Sequence record: OR539221.1
Direction: 5' to 3' (one strand)
DNA: 64,000 bases
Source of the DNA: Escherichia phage vB-Eco-KMB42
Shown here: positions 1 through 11,643 of the stretch, piece after piece
Numbering within the stretch: position 1 is the stretch's first letter
How the letters are laid out: every line of letters starts with the position of its first letter
Position numbers and translations under genes: made by a program
Notes under the pieces: model-generated
Databases searched by the model: none
The model's input: the letters and a program-made list of their open reading frames with translations, nothing else
What the model was told of the DNA's origin: nothing

Positions 1-1237
1 TTCTGCATTACTCCCAATTTATCCAGGTGGTGGTACTCGCGCATCTACTGCCAAAGCAGTGTTTGGATATGGACCACAAACTGATTCACAGTACGCTATT
101 ATAGTTCGTCGTAATGATGCTATTGTTCAAAGCGTTGTTCTTTCAACTAAGCGCGGTGAAAAAGATATTTACGATAGTAACATCTATATCGATGACTTTT
201 TCGCAAAAGGTGGTTCAGAATATATTTTTGCAACTGCACAAAACTGGCCAGAAGGCTTCTCTGGAATTTTAACTCTGTCTGGTGGATTATCATCAAATGC
301 TGAAGTAACAGCAGGAGATTTGATGGAAGCTTGGGACTTCTTTGCTGACCGTGAATCTGTTGACGTTCAACTGTTTATTGCGGGTTCTTGCGCTGGTGAA
401 TCTTTAGAAACAGCATCTACTGTCCAAAAACACGTCGTTTCAATTGGTGATGCTCGCCAGGATTGCTTAGTATTGTGCTCACCACCGCGTGAAACTGTAG
501 TTGGAATTCCTGTAACCCGTGCTGTTGATAACTTAGTCAATTGGAGAACTGCAGCAGGTTCATACACTGATAATAACTTTAATATCAGTTCAACCTATGC
601 AGCAATCGATGGCAACTACAAATATCAGTATGACAAATATAATGATGTGAATCGTTGGGTTCCATTAGCAGCTGATATTGCTGGTTTATGCGCGAGAACC
701 GATAACGTTTCTCAGACTTGGATGTCTCCAGCTGGTTATAATCGTGGCCAGATTCTTAACGTTATTAAACTTGCTATTGAAACTCGCCAGGCTCAGCGCG
801 ACCGTTTATACCAAGAAGCTATCAACCCGGTAACTGGTACAGGTGGTGATGGTTACGTATTGTATGGTGATAAAACAGCTACTTCTGTTCCTTCTCCATT
901 TGATCGTATTAACGTTCGTCGTCTGTTTAATATGTTGAAAACGAATATCGGACGTAGTTCAAAATATCGTTTGTTCGAATTAAACAATGCGTTTACTCGT
1001 TCATCATTCCGCACAGAAACTGCCCAGTACTTACAGGGAATTAAAGCTCTCGGTGGAATTTATGAATATCGTGTAGTTTGCGATACAACAAATAACACTC
1101 CGTCAGTAATTGATAGAAATGAGTTTGTTGCAACATTCTACATCCAACCGGCTAGAAGCATTAACTACATTACCTTAAACTTCGTAGCAACTGCTACCGG
1201 TGCAGATTTCGATGAGTTAACTGGTCTTGCTGGTTAA
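1..1237 (+). CDS. 18: Tail sheath protein gp18, 5'-truncated by window edge (C-terminal ~411 aa present)
   Basis: Frame open from position 2 with no stop; position upstream of tail tube gene 19 as in T4; length/context consistent with C-terminal part of 659-aa gp18. Confidence 0.88.
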   Translation, partial: SALLPIYPGGGTRASTAKAVFGYGPQTDSQYAIIVRRNDAIVQSVVLSTKRGEKDIYDSNIYIDDFFAKGGSEYIFATAQNWPEGFSGILTLSGGLSSNAEVTAGDLMEAWDFFADRESVDVQLFIAGSCAGESLETASTVQKHVVSIGDARQDCLVLCSPPRETVVGIPVTRAVDNLVNWRTAAGSYTDNNFNISSTYAAIDGNYKYQYDKYNDVNRWVPLAADIAGLCARTDNVSQTWMSPAGYNRGQILNVIKLAIETRQAQRDRLYQEAINPVTGTGGDGYVLYGDKTATSVPSPFDRINVRRLFNMLKTNIGRSSKYRLFELNNAFTRSSFRTETAQYLQGIKALGGIYEYRVVCDTTNNTPSVIDRNEFVATFYIQPARSINYITLNFVATATGADFDELTGLAG

Positions 1238-1272
1238 TACGGTGCATTCTAAAGGCCTGTTTCGACAGGCCA

Positions 1273-1280
1273 TATAAATA
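1273..1280 (+). promoter_or_regulatory. Late promoter-like TATAAATA
   Basis: Exact TATAAATA in 18-19 intergenic region. Confidence 0.4.
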
Positions 1281-1331
1281 CACTATATCCTTAATTCTTT
1301 AATTCTATATGCCCTAGGTTAAACATAGGGA

Positions 1332-1339
1332 TATAAATA
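1332..1339 (+). promoter_or_regulatory. Late promoter (TATAAATA) for gene 19
   Basis: Exact TATAAATA 15 nt upstream of gene 19 ATG. Confidence 0.6.
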
Positions 1340-1353
1340 CTACAGAGGCTAAT

Positions 1354-1845
1354 ATGTTTGTAGATGATGTAACACGAGCGTTTGAATCTGGTGATTTTGC
1401 TCGACCTAACTTATTCCAAGTAGAAATTTCTTATCTTGGACAAAATTTTACGTTCCAATGTAAAGCCACTGCTTTACCAGCTGGTATTGTAGAAAAAATT
1501 CCAGTCGGATTTATGAACCGTAAAATTAACGTGGCAGGCGATCGTACATTCGATGACTGGACTGTTACAGTAATGAACGATGAAGCTCATGATGCTCGCC
1601 AGAAGTTTGTTGATTGGCAAAGCATTGCCGCAGGACAAGGAAACGAAATTACTGGTGGAAAACCTGCAGAGTATAAAAAGAGCGCTATTGTTCGTCAATA
1701 TGCTCGTGATGCTAAAACAGTAACAAAAGAAATTGAAATTAAAGGTCTGTGGCCTACTAACGTGGGTGAACTTCAATTAGATTGGGATTCAAACAATGAA
1801 ATCCAAACCTTTGAAGTAACTCTTGCTCTCGATTATTGGGAATAA
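1354..1845 (+). CDS. 19: Tail tube protein gp19
   Basis: 163 aa, same length as T4 gp19; follows gene 18. Confidence 0.9.
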   Translation: MFVDDVTRAFESGDFARPNLFQVEISYLGQNFTFQCKATALPAGIVEKIPVGFMNRKINVAGDRTFDDWTVTVMNDEAHDARQKFVDWQSIAAGQGNEITGGKPAEYKKSAIVRQYARDAKTVTKEIEIKGLWPTNVGELQLDWDSNNEIQTFEVTLALDYWE

Positions 1846-1877
1846 AATGAATGGGGAGAAATCCCCATCCTGCTTAA

Positions 1878-3502
<1,625 letters not shown>

Positions 3503-3503
<1 letters not shown>

Positions 3504-3748
3504 TGGAAGGTTTAATTGAAGCTATTAAATCAAACGACCTCGTAGCCGCTCGTAAATTATTTGCTGAAGCCATGGCTGCAAGAACGACTGATTTAATCAA
3601 AGAAGAAAAAATCACTATCGCTCGTAATTTCTTAATTGAAGGTGAAGAACCTGAAGACGAGGATGAAGATGAAGATGATGACGAAGATAGCGATGATAAA
3701 GACGACAAAAAAGACAAAGACTCTGACGAAGACGAGGATGATGAATAA
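3503..3748 (+). CDS. 67: Prohead core protein gp67 with acidic D/E-rich C-terminal tail
   Basis: 81 aa, ATGA-type overlap with gene 20 stop; position between 20 and 68. Confidence 0.8.
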
Positions 3749-4173
3749 TGATTCTAATCCCTGAAACTCATGAATTAGTTCTCGAGAATGTCGAAGCACT
3801 TATTCCTGAAGCACAGGGTCGCTTTGACGAGTTGTCTTCTGCTTTAAATAAAGACGATATAAATAAAATTATCGAGAATATGCTTGATGATGAAACTGAT
3901 TTAGCGGTTGCATTAGCTTCTATTAATGAAAATATGCCGTTAAATGAATTCATCGTTAAACATGTTTCTGCCCGTGGTGAAATTACTCGCACTAAAGATC
4001 GCAAAACCCGCGAACGTAATGCATTTCAAACTACCGGGTTGTCTAAAGCAAAACGTAGACAAATTGCTCGTAAAGCTACCAAAACGAAGATTGCCAATCC
4101 AGCAGGTCAATCTCGTGCTCAGCGTAAGCGTAAAAAAGCTCTTAAACGCCGTAAAGCATTAGGATTAAGCTAA
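3748..4173 (+). CDS. 68: Prohead core protein gp68
   Basis: 141 aa, basic C-terminus, overlaps gene 67 stop and gene 21 start. Confidence 0.8.
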   Translation: MILIPETHELVLENVEALIPEAQGRFDELSSALNKDDINKIIENMLDDETDLAVALASINENMPLNEFIVKHVSARGEITRTKDRKTRERNAFQTTGLSKAKRRQIARKATKTKIANPAGQSRAQRKRKKALKRRKALGLS

Positions 4174-4811
4174 TGAATGAACCCCAATTGCTAATTGAAA
4201 CTTGGGGTCAACCTGGCGAAATTATTGATGGCGTGCCAATGCTTGAATCCCATGATGGAAAAGACTTAGGTTTAAAACCTGGTTTATACATCGAAGGAAT
4301 ATTCATGCAAGCAGAAGTCGTCAATAGAAATAAACGTCTTTATCCAAAACGTATATTAGAAAAAGCGGTAAAAGACTATATTAATGAGCAAGTTTTAACT
4401 AAACAAGCTCTCGGAGAATTAAATCATCCTCCACGCGCTAATGTTGACCCGATGCAAGCCGCTATCATTATAGAAGATATGTGGTGGAAAGGAAATGACG
4501 TATACGGACGAGCTCGTGTTATTGAAGGTGACCATGGTCCTGGAGATAAATTAGCAGCTAATATTCGTGCCGGATGGATTCCAGGAGTTTCTTCTCGTGG
4601 ATTAGGTTCATTGACTGACACAAATAAAGGTTATCGTATCGTAAACGAAGGATTCAAATTAACTGTAGGTGTTGATGCAGTATGGGGTCCAAGTGCTCCA
4701 GATGCATGGGTAACTCCTAAGGAAATTACAGAATCACAGACGGCGGAAGCCGATACAAGTGCCGATGACGCCTATATGGCTCTCGCAGAGGCCATGAAAA
4801 AAGCGTTATAA
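4173..4811 (+). CDS. 21: Prohead core protease gp21
   Basis: 212 aa as T4 gp21; position between 68 and 22. Confidence 0.9.
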   Translation: MNEPQLLIETWGQPGEIIDGVPMLESHDGKDLGLKPGLYIEGIFMQAEVVNRNKRLYPKRILEKAVKDYINEQVLTKQALGELNHPPRANVDPMQAAIIIEDMWWKGNDVYGRARVIEGDHGPGDKLAANIRAGWIPGVSSRGLGSLTDTNKGYRIVNEGFKLTVGVDAVWGPSAPDAWVTPKEITESQTAEADTSADDAYMALAEAMKKAL

Positions 4812-4814
4812 ATA
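4807..4814 (+). promoter_or_regulatory. Late promoter (TATAAATA) for gene 22
   Basis: Exact TATAAATA overlapping gene 21 stop, ~28 nt upstream of gene 22 ATG. Confidence 0.55.
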
Positions 4815-4841
4815 TTATTATCTAAACAACAGGACTACAAA

Positions 4842-5651
4842 ATGCTTAAAGAACAACTGATTGCCGAAGCGCAGAAAATTGATGCTTCCGTTGCTCTTGA
4901 TAGTATTTTCGAATCAGTTAATATTTCTCCGGAAGCAAAAGAAACTTTCGGCACTGTATTCGAAGCTACCGTCAAGCAGCACGCCGTTAAATTAGCTGAA
5001 TCTCATATCGCTAAAATTGCTGAAAAAGCAGAAGAAGAAGTAGAAAAAAATAAAGAAGAAGCAGAAGAAAAAGCTGAGAAGAAAATCGCTGAGCAAGCTT
5101 CTAAATTCCTTGACCATCTTGCAAAAGAATGGCTCACTGAAAATAAATTAGCAGTAGATAAAGGTATCAAAGCCGAACTGTTTGAATCCATGCTTGGTGG
5201 ATTGAAAGAGCTCTTCGTTGAACACAACGTTGTTGTTCCAGAAGAATCAGTTGATGTTGTAGCTGAAATGGAAGAAGAGCTGCAAGAACATAAAGAAGAA
5301 TCAGCTCGTCTGTTCGAAGAACTCAATAAGCGTGACGCATATATCAATTATGTGCAGCGTGAAGTGGCATTGAGCGAAAGTACTAAAGATCTGACTGAGT
5401 CTCAAAAAGAAAAAGTCTCTGCTCTGGTCGAAGGTATTGATTATTCAGATGCATTCTCAAGCAAATTGAGTGCCATCGTAGAAATGGTGAAGAAATCTAA
5501 TAAAGATGAAAGCACTATTACTGAGAGTATAAATACTCCTGATACTGAAGCAGCCGGACTGAATTTCGTCACTGAAGCTGTAGAAGATAAATCTGCACAA
5601 GGTGCAGAAGATATTGTAAGTGTATATGCGAAAGTCGCATCTCGTTTCTAA
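4842..5651 (+). CDS. 22: Prohead core scaffold protein gp22
   Basis: 269 aa, E/K-rich coiled-coil-like composition; gene order. Confidence 0.9.
   Translation: MLKEQLIAEAQKIDASVALDSIFESVNISPEAKETFGTVFEATVKQHAVKLAESHIAKIAEKAEEEVEKNKEEAEEKAEKKIAEQASKFLDHLAKEWLTENKLAVDKGIKAELFESMLGGLKELFVEHNVVVPEESVDVVAEMEEELQEHKEESARLFEELNKRDAYINYVQREVALSESTKDLTESQKEKVSALVEGIDYSDAFSSKLSAIVEMVKKSNKDESTITESINTPDTEAAGLNFVTEAVEDKSAQGAEDIVSVYAKVASRF
5528..5535 (+). promoter_or_regulatory. Late promoter-like TATAAATA inside 3' end of gene 22 (candidate P23)
   Basis: Exact TATAAATA ~135 nt upstream of gene 23 ATG. Confidence 0.4.
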
Positions 5652-5669
5652 TTTTAAAGGTTAACACAA

Positions 5670-7235
5670 ATGACTATCAAAACTAAAGCTGAACTTTTGA
5701 ACAAATGGAAGCCATTACTGGAAGGTGAAGGTTTACCGGAAATTGCTAATAGCAAACAAGCGATTATCGCTAAAATCTTTGAAAACCAGGAAAAAGATTT
5801 CCAGACAGCTCCGGAATATAAAGACGAAAAAATTGCTCAGGCATTCGGTTCTTTCTTAACAGAAGCTGAAATCGGTGGTGACCACGGTTACAATGCTACC
5901 AACATCGCCGCAGGTCAGACTTCTGGCGCAGTAACTCAGATTGGCCCAGCTGTTATGGGTATGGTACGTCGTGCTATTCCTAACCTGATTGCTTTCGATA
6001 TTTGCGGTGTTCAGCCGATGAACAGCCCGACTGGTCAGGTATTCGCACTGCGCGCAGTATATGGTAAAGACCCAATCGCTTCCGGCGCTAAAGAAGCATT
6101 CCACCCAATGTATGGTCCAGATGCAATGTTCTCTGGTCAGGGTGCTGCTAAGAAATTCGCTGCTTTGAAAGCAAGTGATACTCTTGAAGTCGGAACTATT
6201 TACACCCACTTCTTCCAGGACACTGGTACTGTGTATCTGCAAGCTACAGCAGCTAAACAAATTGATTCAGGTGCATCTGACGCAGACAAATTAGATGCTG
6301 AAATTAAGAAACAAATGGAAGCTGGTGTACTGGTAGAAATCGCTGAAGGTATGGCTACTTCTATCGCTGAACTTCAAGAAGGTTTTAACGGTTCTACCGA
6401 TAACCCGTGGAATGAAATGGGCTTCCGTATCGATAAACAAGTTATCGAAGCTAAATCTCGCCAGCTGAAAGCTGCTTACTCTATTGAATTAGCACAAGAC
6501 CTCCGCGCTGTTCATGGTATGGATGCTGATGCTGAACTGTCTGGTATTCTGGCTACAGAAATTATGCTGGAAATCAACCGTGAAGTTGTTGACTGGATTA
6601 ACTACTCAGCACAGGTTGGTAAATCTGGTATGACCCTGACTCCGGGTTCTAAAGCTGGTGTATTTGACTTCCAGGACCCAATCGATATTCGTGGTGCTCG
6701 CTGGGCAGGTGAATCCTTTAAAGCTCTGTTGTTCCAGATTGATAAAGAAGCAGTTGAAATCGCTCGTCAAACCGGTCGTGGTGAAGGTAACTTCATTATC
6801 GCTTCCCGTAACGTAGTTAACGTTCTGGCTTCAGTTGATACCGGCATTTCTTATGCTGCGCAAGGTCTGGCTACCGGCTTTAACACTGATACTACCAAGT
6901 CAGTATTTGCTGGTGTTCTGGGTGGTAAATACCGTGTATATATCGACCAGTATGCTAAACAGGATTATTTCACTGTAGGTTATAAAGGTCCGAACGAAAT
7001 GGATGCTGGTATTTACTACGCTCCATATGTAGCTCTGACTCCACTGCGTGGTTCTGATCCGAAGAACTTCCAACCGGTAATGGGGTTCAAAACTCGTTAC
7101 GGTATCGGTATCAACCCATTTGCAGAATCCGCTGCTCAGGCTCCGGCTTCTCGCATTCAGAGTGGTATGCCTTCTATCCTGAACAGCCTTGGTAAGAACG
7201 CTTACTTCCGCCGTGTATATGTTAAAGGTATCTAA
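5670..7235 (+). CDS. 23: Major capsid protein gp23
   Basis: 521 aa as T4 gp23; strong RBS; gene order 22-23-24. Confidence 0.95.
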   Translation: MTIKTKAELLNKWKPLLEGEGLPEIANSKQAIIAKIFENQEKDFQTAPEYKDEKIAQAFGSFLTEAEIGGDHGYNATNIAAGQTSGAVTQIGPAVMGMVRRAIPNLIAFDICGVQPMNSPTGQVFALRAVYGKDPIASGAKEAFHPMYGPDAMFSGQGAAKKFAALKASDTLEVGTIYTHFFQDTGTVYLQATAAKQIDSGASDADKLDAEIKKQMEAGVLVEIAEGMATSIAELQEGFNGSTDNPWNEMGFRIDKQVIEAKSRQLKAAYSIELAQDLRAVHGMDADAELSGILATEIMLEINREVVDWINYSAQVGKSGMTLTPGSKAGVFDFQDPIDIRGARWAGESFKALLFQIDKEAVEIARQTGRGEGNFIIASRNVVNVLASVDTGISYAAQGLATGFNTDTTKSVFAGVLGGKYRVYIDQYAKQDYFTVGYKGPNEMDAGIYYAPYVALTPLRGSDPKNFQPVMGFKTRYGIGINPFAESAAQAPASRIQSGMPSILNSLGKNAYFRRVYVKGI

Positions 7236-7250
7236 TCTTTGACGATTTAA

Positions 7251-7275
7251 GGGACCTTCGGGTCCCTTTAGTTGT
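7251..7275 (+). terminator. Rho-independent terminator after gene 23
   Basis: GGGACC-UUCG-GGUCCC hairpin followed by U-rich tract. Confidence 0.6.
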
Positions 7276-7283
7276 TTTTATGG

Positions 7284-7291
7284 TATAAATA
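7284..7291 (+). promoter_or_regulatory. Late promoter (TATAAATA) for gene 24
   Basis: Exact TATAAATA ~28 nt upstream of gene 24 ATG. Confidence 0.6.
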
Positions 7292-7318
7292 AATCATATA
7301 AACTGAAAGGAAAGCGCA

Positions 7319-8602
7319 ATGGCTAAAATCAACGAACTTCTGCGCGAATCAACCACAACGAATAGCAACTCAATCGGTCGCCCAAATCTCGTTGCTTTGA
7401 CTCGCGCTACCACTAAATTAATATATTCTGACATTGTAGCAACGCAAAGAACTAATCAACCTGTTGCTGCTTTTTATGGTATCAAATACCTTAACCCAGA
7501 CAATGAGTTTACATTTAAAACTGGTGCTACTTACGCTGGCGAAGCTGGATATGTAGACCGAGAAAAAATCACAGAATTAACAGAAGAGTCTAAATTAACT
7601 CTCAATAAAGGCGATTTATTCAAATATAATAATATCGTTTATAAAGTATTAGAAGATACACCATTTGCTGATATTGAAGAAAGCGACTTAGAGTTAGCTC
7701 TTCAGATTGCAATTGTTCTTTTAAAGGTTCGTCTATTTTCTGACGCAGCGTCAACAAGCAAATTTGAAAGCTCTGATAGTGAAATTGCGGATGCTAGATT
7801 CCAGATTAATAAATGGCAAACCACAGTTAAATCTCGCAAACTTAAAACTGGTATCACAGTTGAATTAGCACAAGATTTAGAAGCAAACGGATTCGATGCT
7901 CCTAATTTCTTAGAAGATTTGCTTGCAACCGAAATGGCAGATGAAATCAATAAAGATATTCTGCAGTCTTTGATTACAGTATCAAAACGTTATAAAGTTA
8001 CAGGAATTACTGATACTGGATTCATTGATTTGAGTTATGCATCTGCACCTGAAGCTGGTCGTTCATTATACCGAATGGTATGTGAAATGGTTTCGCATAT
8101 CCAAAAAGAATCAACTTATACAGCAACGTTCTGTGTTGCTTCTGCTCGTGCCGCTGCGATTCTTGCTGCATCAGGTTGGTTAAAACATAAACCAGAAGAT
8201 GACAAGTATCTTTCACAAAATGCCTACGGGTTCTTAGCTAATGGTTTACCGCTTTATTGCGATACTAACAGCCCATTAGATTATGTAATCGTTGGCGTAG
8301 TAGAAAATATCGGTGAAAAAGAAATTGTTGGATCAATTTTCTATGCTCCGTATACAGAAGGTCTCGACTTGGATGACCCTGAACATGTAGGTGCATTTAA
8401 AGTTGTTGTTGATCCAGAAAGCTTGCAACCGTCTATCGGTTTATTAGTTAGATATGCTTTATCTGCAAATCCTTACACCGTAGCAAAAGATGAAAAAGAA
8501 GCAAGAGTAATTGATGGTGGAGACATGGATAAAATGGCGGGTCGTTCAGATTTGTCTGTTTTATTAGGTGTTAAGCTACCAAAAATTATCATTGATGAAT
8601 AA
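7319..8602 (+). CDS. 24: Capsid vertex protein gp24
   Basis: 427 aa as T4 gp24; gene order. Confidence 0.9.
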   Translation: MAKINELLRESTTTNSNSIGRPNLVALTRATTKLIYSDIVATQRTNQPVAAFYGIKYLNPDNEFTFKTGATYAGEAGYVDREKITELTEESKLTLNKGDLFKYNNIVYKVLEDTPFADIEESDLELALQIAIVLLKVRLFSDAASTSKFESSDSEIADARFQINKWQTTVKSRKLKTGITVELAQDLEANGFDAPNFLEDLLATEMADEINKDILQSLITVSKRYKVTGITDTGFIDLSYASAPEAGRSLYRMVCEMVSHIQKESTYTATFCVASARAAAILAASGWLKHKPEDDKYLSQNAYGFLANGLPLYCDTNSPLDYVIVGVVENIGEKEIVGSIFYAPYTEGLDLDDPEHVGAFKVVVDPESLQPSIGLLVRYALSANPYTVAKDEKEARVIDGGDMDKMAGRSDLSVLLGVKLPKIIIDE

Positions 8603-8608
8603 ATCAAA

Positions 8609-8630
8609 GGGACCGAAAGGTCCCTTTTTA
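8609..8630. terminator. Bidirectional terminator hairpin between convergent gene 24 and rnlB
   Basis: GGGACC-GAAA-GGUCCC stem-loop with U-tract on plus strand and U-rich tract on minus strand. Confidence 0.6.
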
Positions 8631-8631
8631 T

Positions 8632-9636
8632 TTAGCTCACCAACTCAATCCAAGCCGGACGAAGTACATCTTGTACCATTTTAACTAATTCCTTTTTAAC
8701 CAAAGAAGGATTATCCGCTTGAGTTAGAGTAATACCTTCACGAGAAGTTTCTTCCAAAATATCTTGAACAGTTAGTCCCATCACCTTTCCAAAATCTTTT
8801 GGACCAATTTCGCCAATTTTAGAAATAACGTTATTTACTCGGTTCAGTGTAACGTAACAAGCTAAAATCCCCACCAATTTGTTATCAGCTTCTGACAATT
8901 CAACTTTAGCTTTAATAGGCTTATCAGACTTTTTCTTTTCACTAAATTTAGAATTCTTACATTTGATGGCTACACGATTTCCATTATGAAGCCAAGAAGG
9001 ATAACAAGGTTTCAATACATATCCTTCAGCAGTAAATACTTCGCCTTTTGCTTCGGCATTCCAAACGCATTTATTTGCATCAACTAATCCAGCATGGTCT
9101 ACTGTAAAATTATAATCTTGGACGACAGAATCTAAATCATTTGGCAATTTAATAAGCTCTTCAAATTTACCGCGACCTAAAAGTGGAGCCATTTTAAATT
9201 TAAATGTATTACAGAATGATTCCATCATATAATCATCGACATAAGTCACATCACCACTTTCTGTAGTGACAATAATGTCAAATACATAAAAATCTTTATC
9301 ACCATAATCAACATTCTTCTGAATGCCAGGTCCAGCGAATTCGCCAAAGACTTGATAAGATACAACCGCTGAAGTTTCCATAATATCTTGTACTGCTTTA
9401 ATGGAATCAGCGTAATTCTTTAGAATAATTTCATACCCAAAGAAATCTTCAGCAGGAAGAATCGGTCCAGTACGTTTAGCGCAAGTTACTTTATCACGCC
9501 CAATAATCAATGAGAAATTTGTGCCGTGAATCTTTTCACGAGCTACCCATTCGCCGCCAGTCAATCCTAAGCTATAAAGTTTTTCAATAAATTTAGAGTT
9601 GTAATGATTTTCAAGACTGCTATACTTTTTAAACAT
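8632..9636 (-). CDS. rnlB: RNA ligase 2 (Rnl2)
   Basis: 334 aa as T4 Rnl2; N-terminal nucleotidyltransferase motif KIHGTN; position downstream of gene 24. Confidence 0.85.
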   Translation of the reverse strand: MFKKYSSLENHYNSKFIEKLYSLGLTGGEWVAREKIHGTNFSLIIGRDKVTCAKRTGPILPAEDFFGYEIILKNYADSIKAVQDIMETSAVVSYQVFGEFAGPGIQKNVDYGDKDFYVFDIIVTTESGDVTYVDDYMMESFCNTFKFKMAPLLGRGKFEELIKLPNDLDSVVQDYNFTVDHAGLVDANKCVWNAEAKGEVFTAEGYVLKPCYPSWLHNGNRVAIKCKNSKFSEKKKSDKPIKAKVELSEADNKLVGILACYVTLNRVNNVISKIGEIGPKDFGKVMGLTVQDILEETSREGITLTQADNPSLVKKELVKMVQDVLRPAWIELVS

Positions 9637-9645
9637 AATTAATCC

Positions 9646-9924
9646 TCAAAATGTAATTTCTAACCAATCACCATCACGCTGATCACTATTGACTTTAAAG
9701 CTGAATCCTTCTTTTCTCAGCCAATCACCAATTTCTTCAGTAATCAATTTATCACGAGCAGTACAATAATAACTAAAATATGTTTTACCTTGTTCAGCTG
9801 CTTTATTAGCAAGTTCCGAAAAATCTTTAATAAAACACTCTAGTTTAAACTGTTTGCTTTTAAGTGCTTTTTCGCGTAATTGATTAGCAAAAGATTCATT
9901 TTCATAAAGATCATACTGTTCCAT
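9646..9924 (-). CDS. Hypothetical protein (T4 24.2-like position)
   Basis: 92-aa ORF tightly packed between rnlB and next ORF. Confidence 0.6.
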   Translation of the reverse strand: MEQYDLYENESFANQLREKALKSKQFKLECFIKDFSELANKAAEQGKTYFSYYCTARDKLITEEIGDWLRKEGFSFKVNSDQRDGDWLEITF

Positions 9925-10126
9925 TTTTCACCTTTTTATTAATATGTCTTTTTCTATAGACAACTTTTTCTCGAGTCTCAAATTTATTCTTAGCAGTCAT
10001 AGCTCGAGCCCATAATACAGCCACTTCTTTTGCCTGTAAGTTCAATTCACGAGCAATTTCAATGAATGACTTTCCAGACTCATGAAGAGTAAACACCACA
10101 ACCTCAGTTCTCATAATCAATCTCAT
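9911..10126 (-). CDS. Small hypothetical protein with putative helix-turn-helix (T4 24.3-like position)
   Basis: 71-aa ORF; segment SGKSFIEIARELNLQAKEV resembles HTH of sigma region 4/LuxR type. Confidence 0.5.
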   Translation of the reverse strand: MRLIMRTEVVVFTLHESGKSFIEIARELNLQAKEVAVLWARAMTAKNKFETREKVVYRKRHINKKVKNGTV

Positions 10127-10195
10127 GTTATCGAGTTGGTGCCATTATATACATCGTTTTCTGACTATGTTTCGTGTGCTTTCAAAATGAAGAAA

Positions 10196-10209
10196 GGGGC
10201 CGAAGCCCC
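10196..10209 (-). terminator. Stem-loop downstream of hoc (GGGGC-UUCG-GCCCC on minus strand)
   Basis: Perfect 5-bp GC stem with UUCG tetraloop followed by U-rich tract on minus strand. Confidence 0.45.
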
Positions 10210-10215
10210 TTACGA

Positions 10216-11634
10216 TTATGGATAGGTATAGATGATACCAGTTTCTAAAGCAGTTTTATGAATGATGTATCCATTGCGCGATTCTTGGACATCAACTTCT
10301 GGATAGTCTTTCATCATCTTCTGAAGCGTATAACGATGCAAGTAGTACTTACTATCTGGGTCGTCAGTTTTCCAATCTTTACCTTCTTCAGTCATTTTTT
10401 GGATTTCATCCATAACCCACCAACCGCACCAGATATAAGCTGAAGTACGGTGCGGAAGAGGATGAACATAAGGCAATTCACCTTCTGGTTCTGGAGCAAC
10501 TTTATCAGTCACTTGAACTTGACCTGTTGTTTTAACTGTTTTGCTATCATAATCAGTTGCTGTAACGACAGCAGTAACTTCAATAGTTTGACTTCCAACA
10601 GATGAGGTATCGACAGTATATACGTTAGTTGACCCTTCTACAGGAGAAGAATCTTTCTTCCACGAGTAAGTAATTTGTGCTTCTTCTGGAGCATCCGTAA
10701 CATTAGCCGTAAATGTAGCTGAAGCATCTTGCTGAACGTTAATAGAAGGAGGAGTCAATGTAACCTGTGGATTCATTGTCTTCTTATTAACTGTCAATGA
10801 CACTTCATTAGAAGTAACTTCCTTTTCATTGTAATTTTCTGCTGTTACTTGGGCTACGCATTTAATTCTTTTTACTCCACTTGTAGTTGGAGTATAGCTA
10901 AATGTAGAGTTAGTTTCTCCACCAACTTGTGAATCATCTACATACCACTGATACGTAGCAGATGCTCCATCAGGTTGAGAAGCTAAGGCAGCAGTAAATT
11001 GAACTGGGGTTCCAATTACTCCAGCTGAAGGACTATCGGGAGTTACTGCCAAAGTAGTTGTCTGTGTCTTTTTATTAACAGTCAGTGACACTTCATTAGA
11101 AGTAACTTCTTTTGCATCATAATCTGTCGCGGTTACTTGAGCTACACACTTAATTGTTTTAACTCCACTTGTGTCAGGAGTGTAATTGAATGTAGCGCTA
11201 GTCGCTTCGCTCACAGGAGAACTGTCAACGTACCATTGATACGTAGCAGATGCGCCTGATGGCTGCGAAGCCAAAGCAGCGGTAAATTTAACAGCTGTTC
11301 CAATCACTCCAGCCGCAGGACTAGCAGGAGTTACGGCTAAGGTAGTCGTCTGTGTCTTATTTTTAACTGTGATAGTTGTTGTCGCTTCAGCCGTTTCCGG
11401 GCCTCCTTCAGAAAGTGTATTTGTTGCAACTACTTTAATAGTCTTTTGACCAGCAGGACCTTTTAATACATAATCAAAAGTTGCTTCAGACCCATCTTGT
11501 GGAGCATTATCTACACTCCAAGCATAAGTAATAGTTCCACCTCCAGTTTCACCACTGGGTGCAGCAGTAAACTGCTTGGTTTCATCAATAACTCCTGACG
11601 GTGTTTTAGGAGTTATATCAACTGTAAAAGCCAT
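10216..11634 (-). CDS. hoc: Highly immunogenic outer capsid protein Hoc, 472 aa with four Ig-like domains
   Basis: Position between rnlB-cluster and inh; tandem Ig-like repeats plus conserved C-terminal capsid-binding region. Confidence 0.85.
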   Translation of the reverse strand: MAFTVDITPKTPSGVIDETKQFTAAPSGETGGGTITYAWSVDNAPQDGSEATFDYVLKGPAGQKTIKVVATNTLSEGGPETAEATTTITVKNKTQTTTLAVTPASPAAGVIGTAVKFTAALASQPSGASATYQWYVDSSPVSEATSATFNYTPDTSGVKTIKCVAQVTATDYDAKEVTSNEVSLTVNKKTQTTTLAVTPDSPSAGVIGTPVQFTAALASQPDGASATYQWYVDDSQVGGETNSTFSYTPTTSGVKRIKCVAQVTAENYNEKEVTSNEVSLTVNKKTMNPQVTLTPPSINVQQDASATFTANVTDAPEEAQITYSWKKDSSPVEGSTNVYTVDTSSVGSQTIEVTAVVTATDYDSKTVKTTGQVQVTDKVAPEPEGELPYVHPLPHRTSAYIWCGWWVMDEIQKMTEEGKDWKTDDPDSKYYLHRYTLQKMMKDYPEVDVQESRNGYIIHKTALETGIIYTYP

Positions 11635-11643
11635 AAGTTATCC

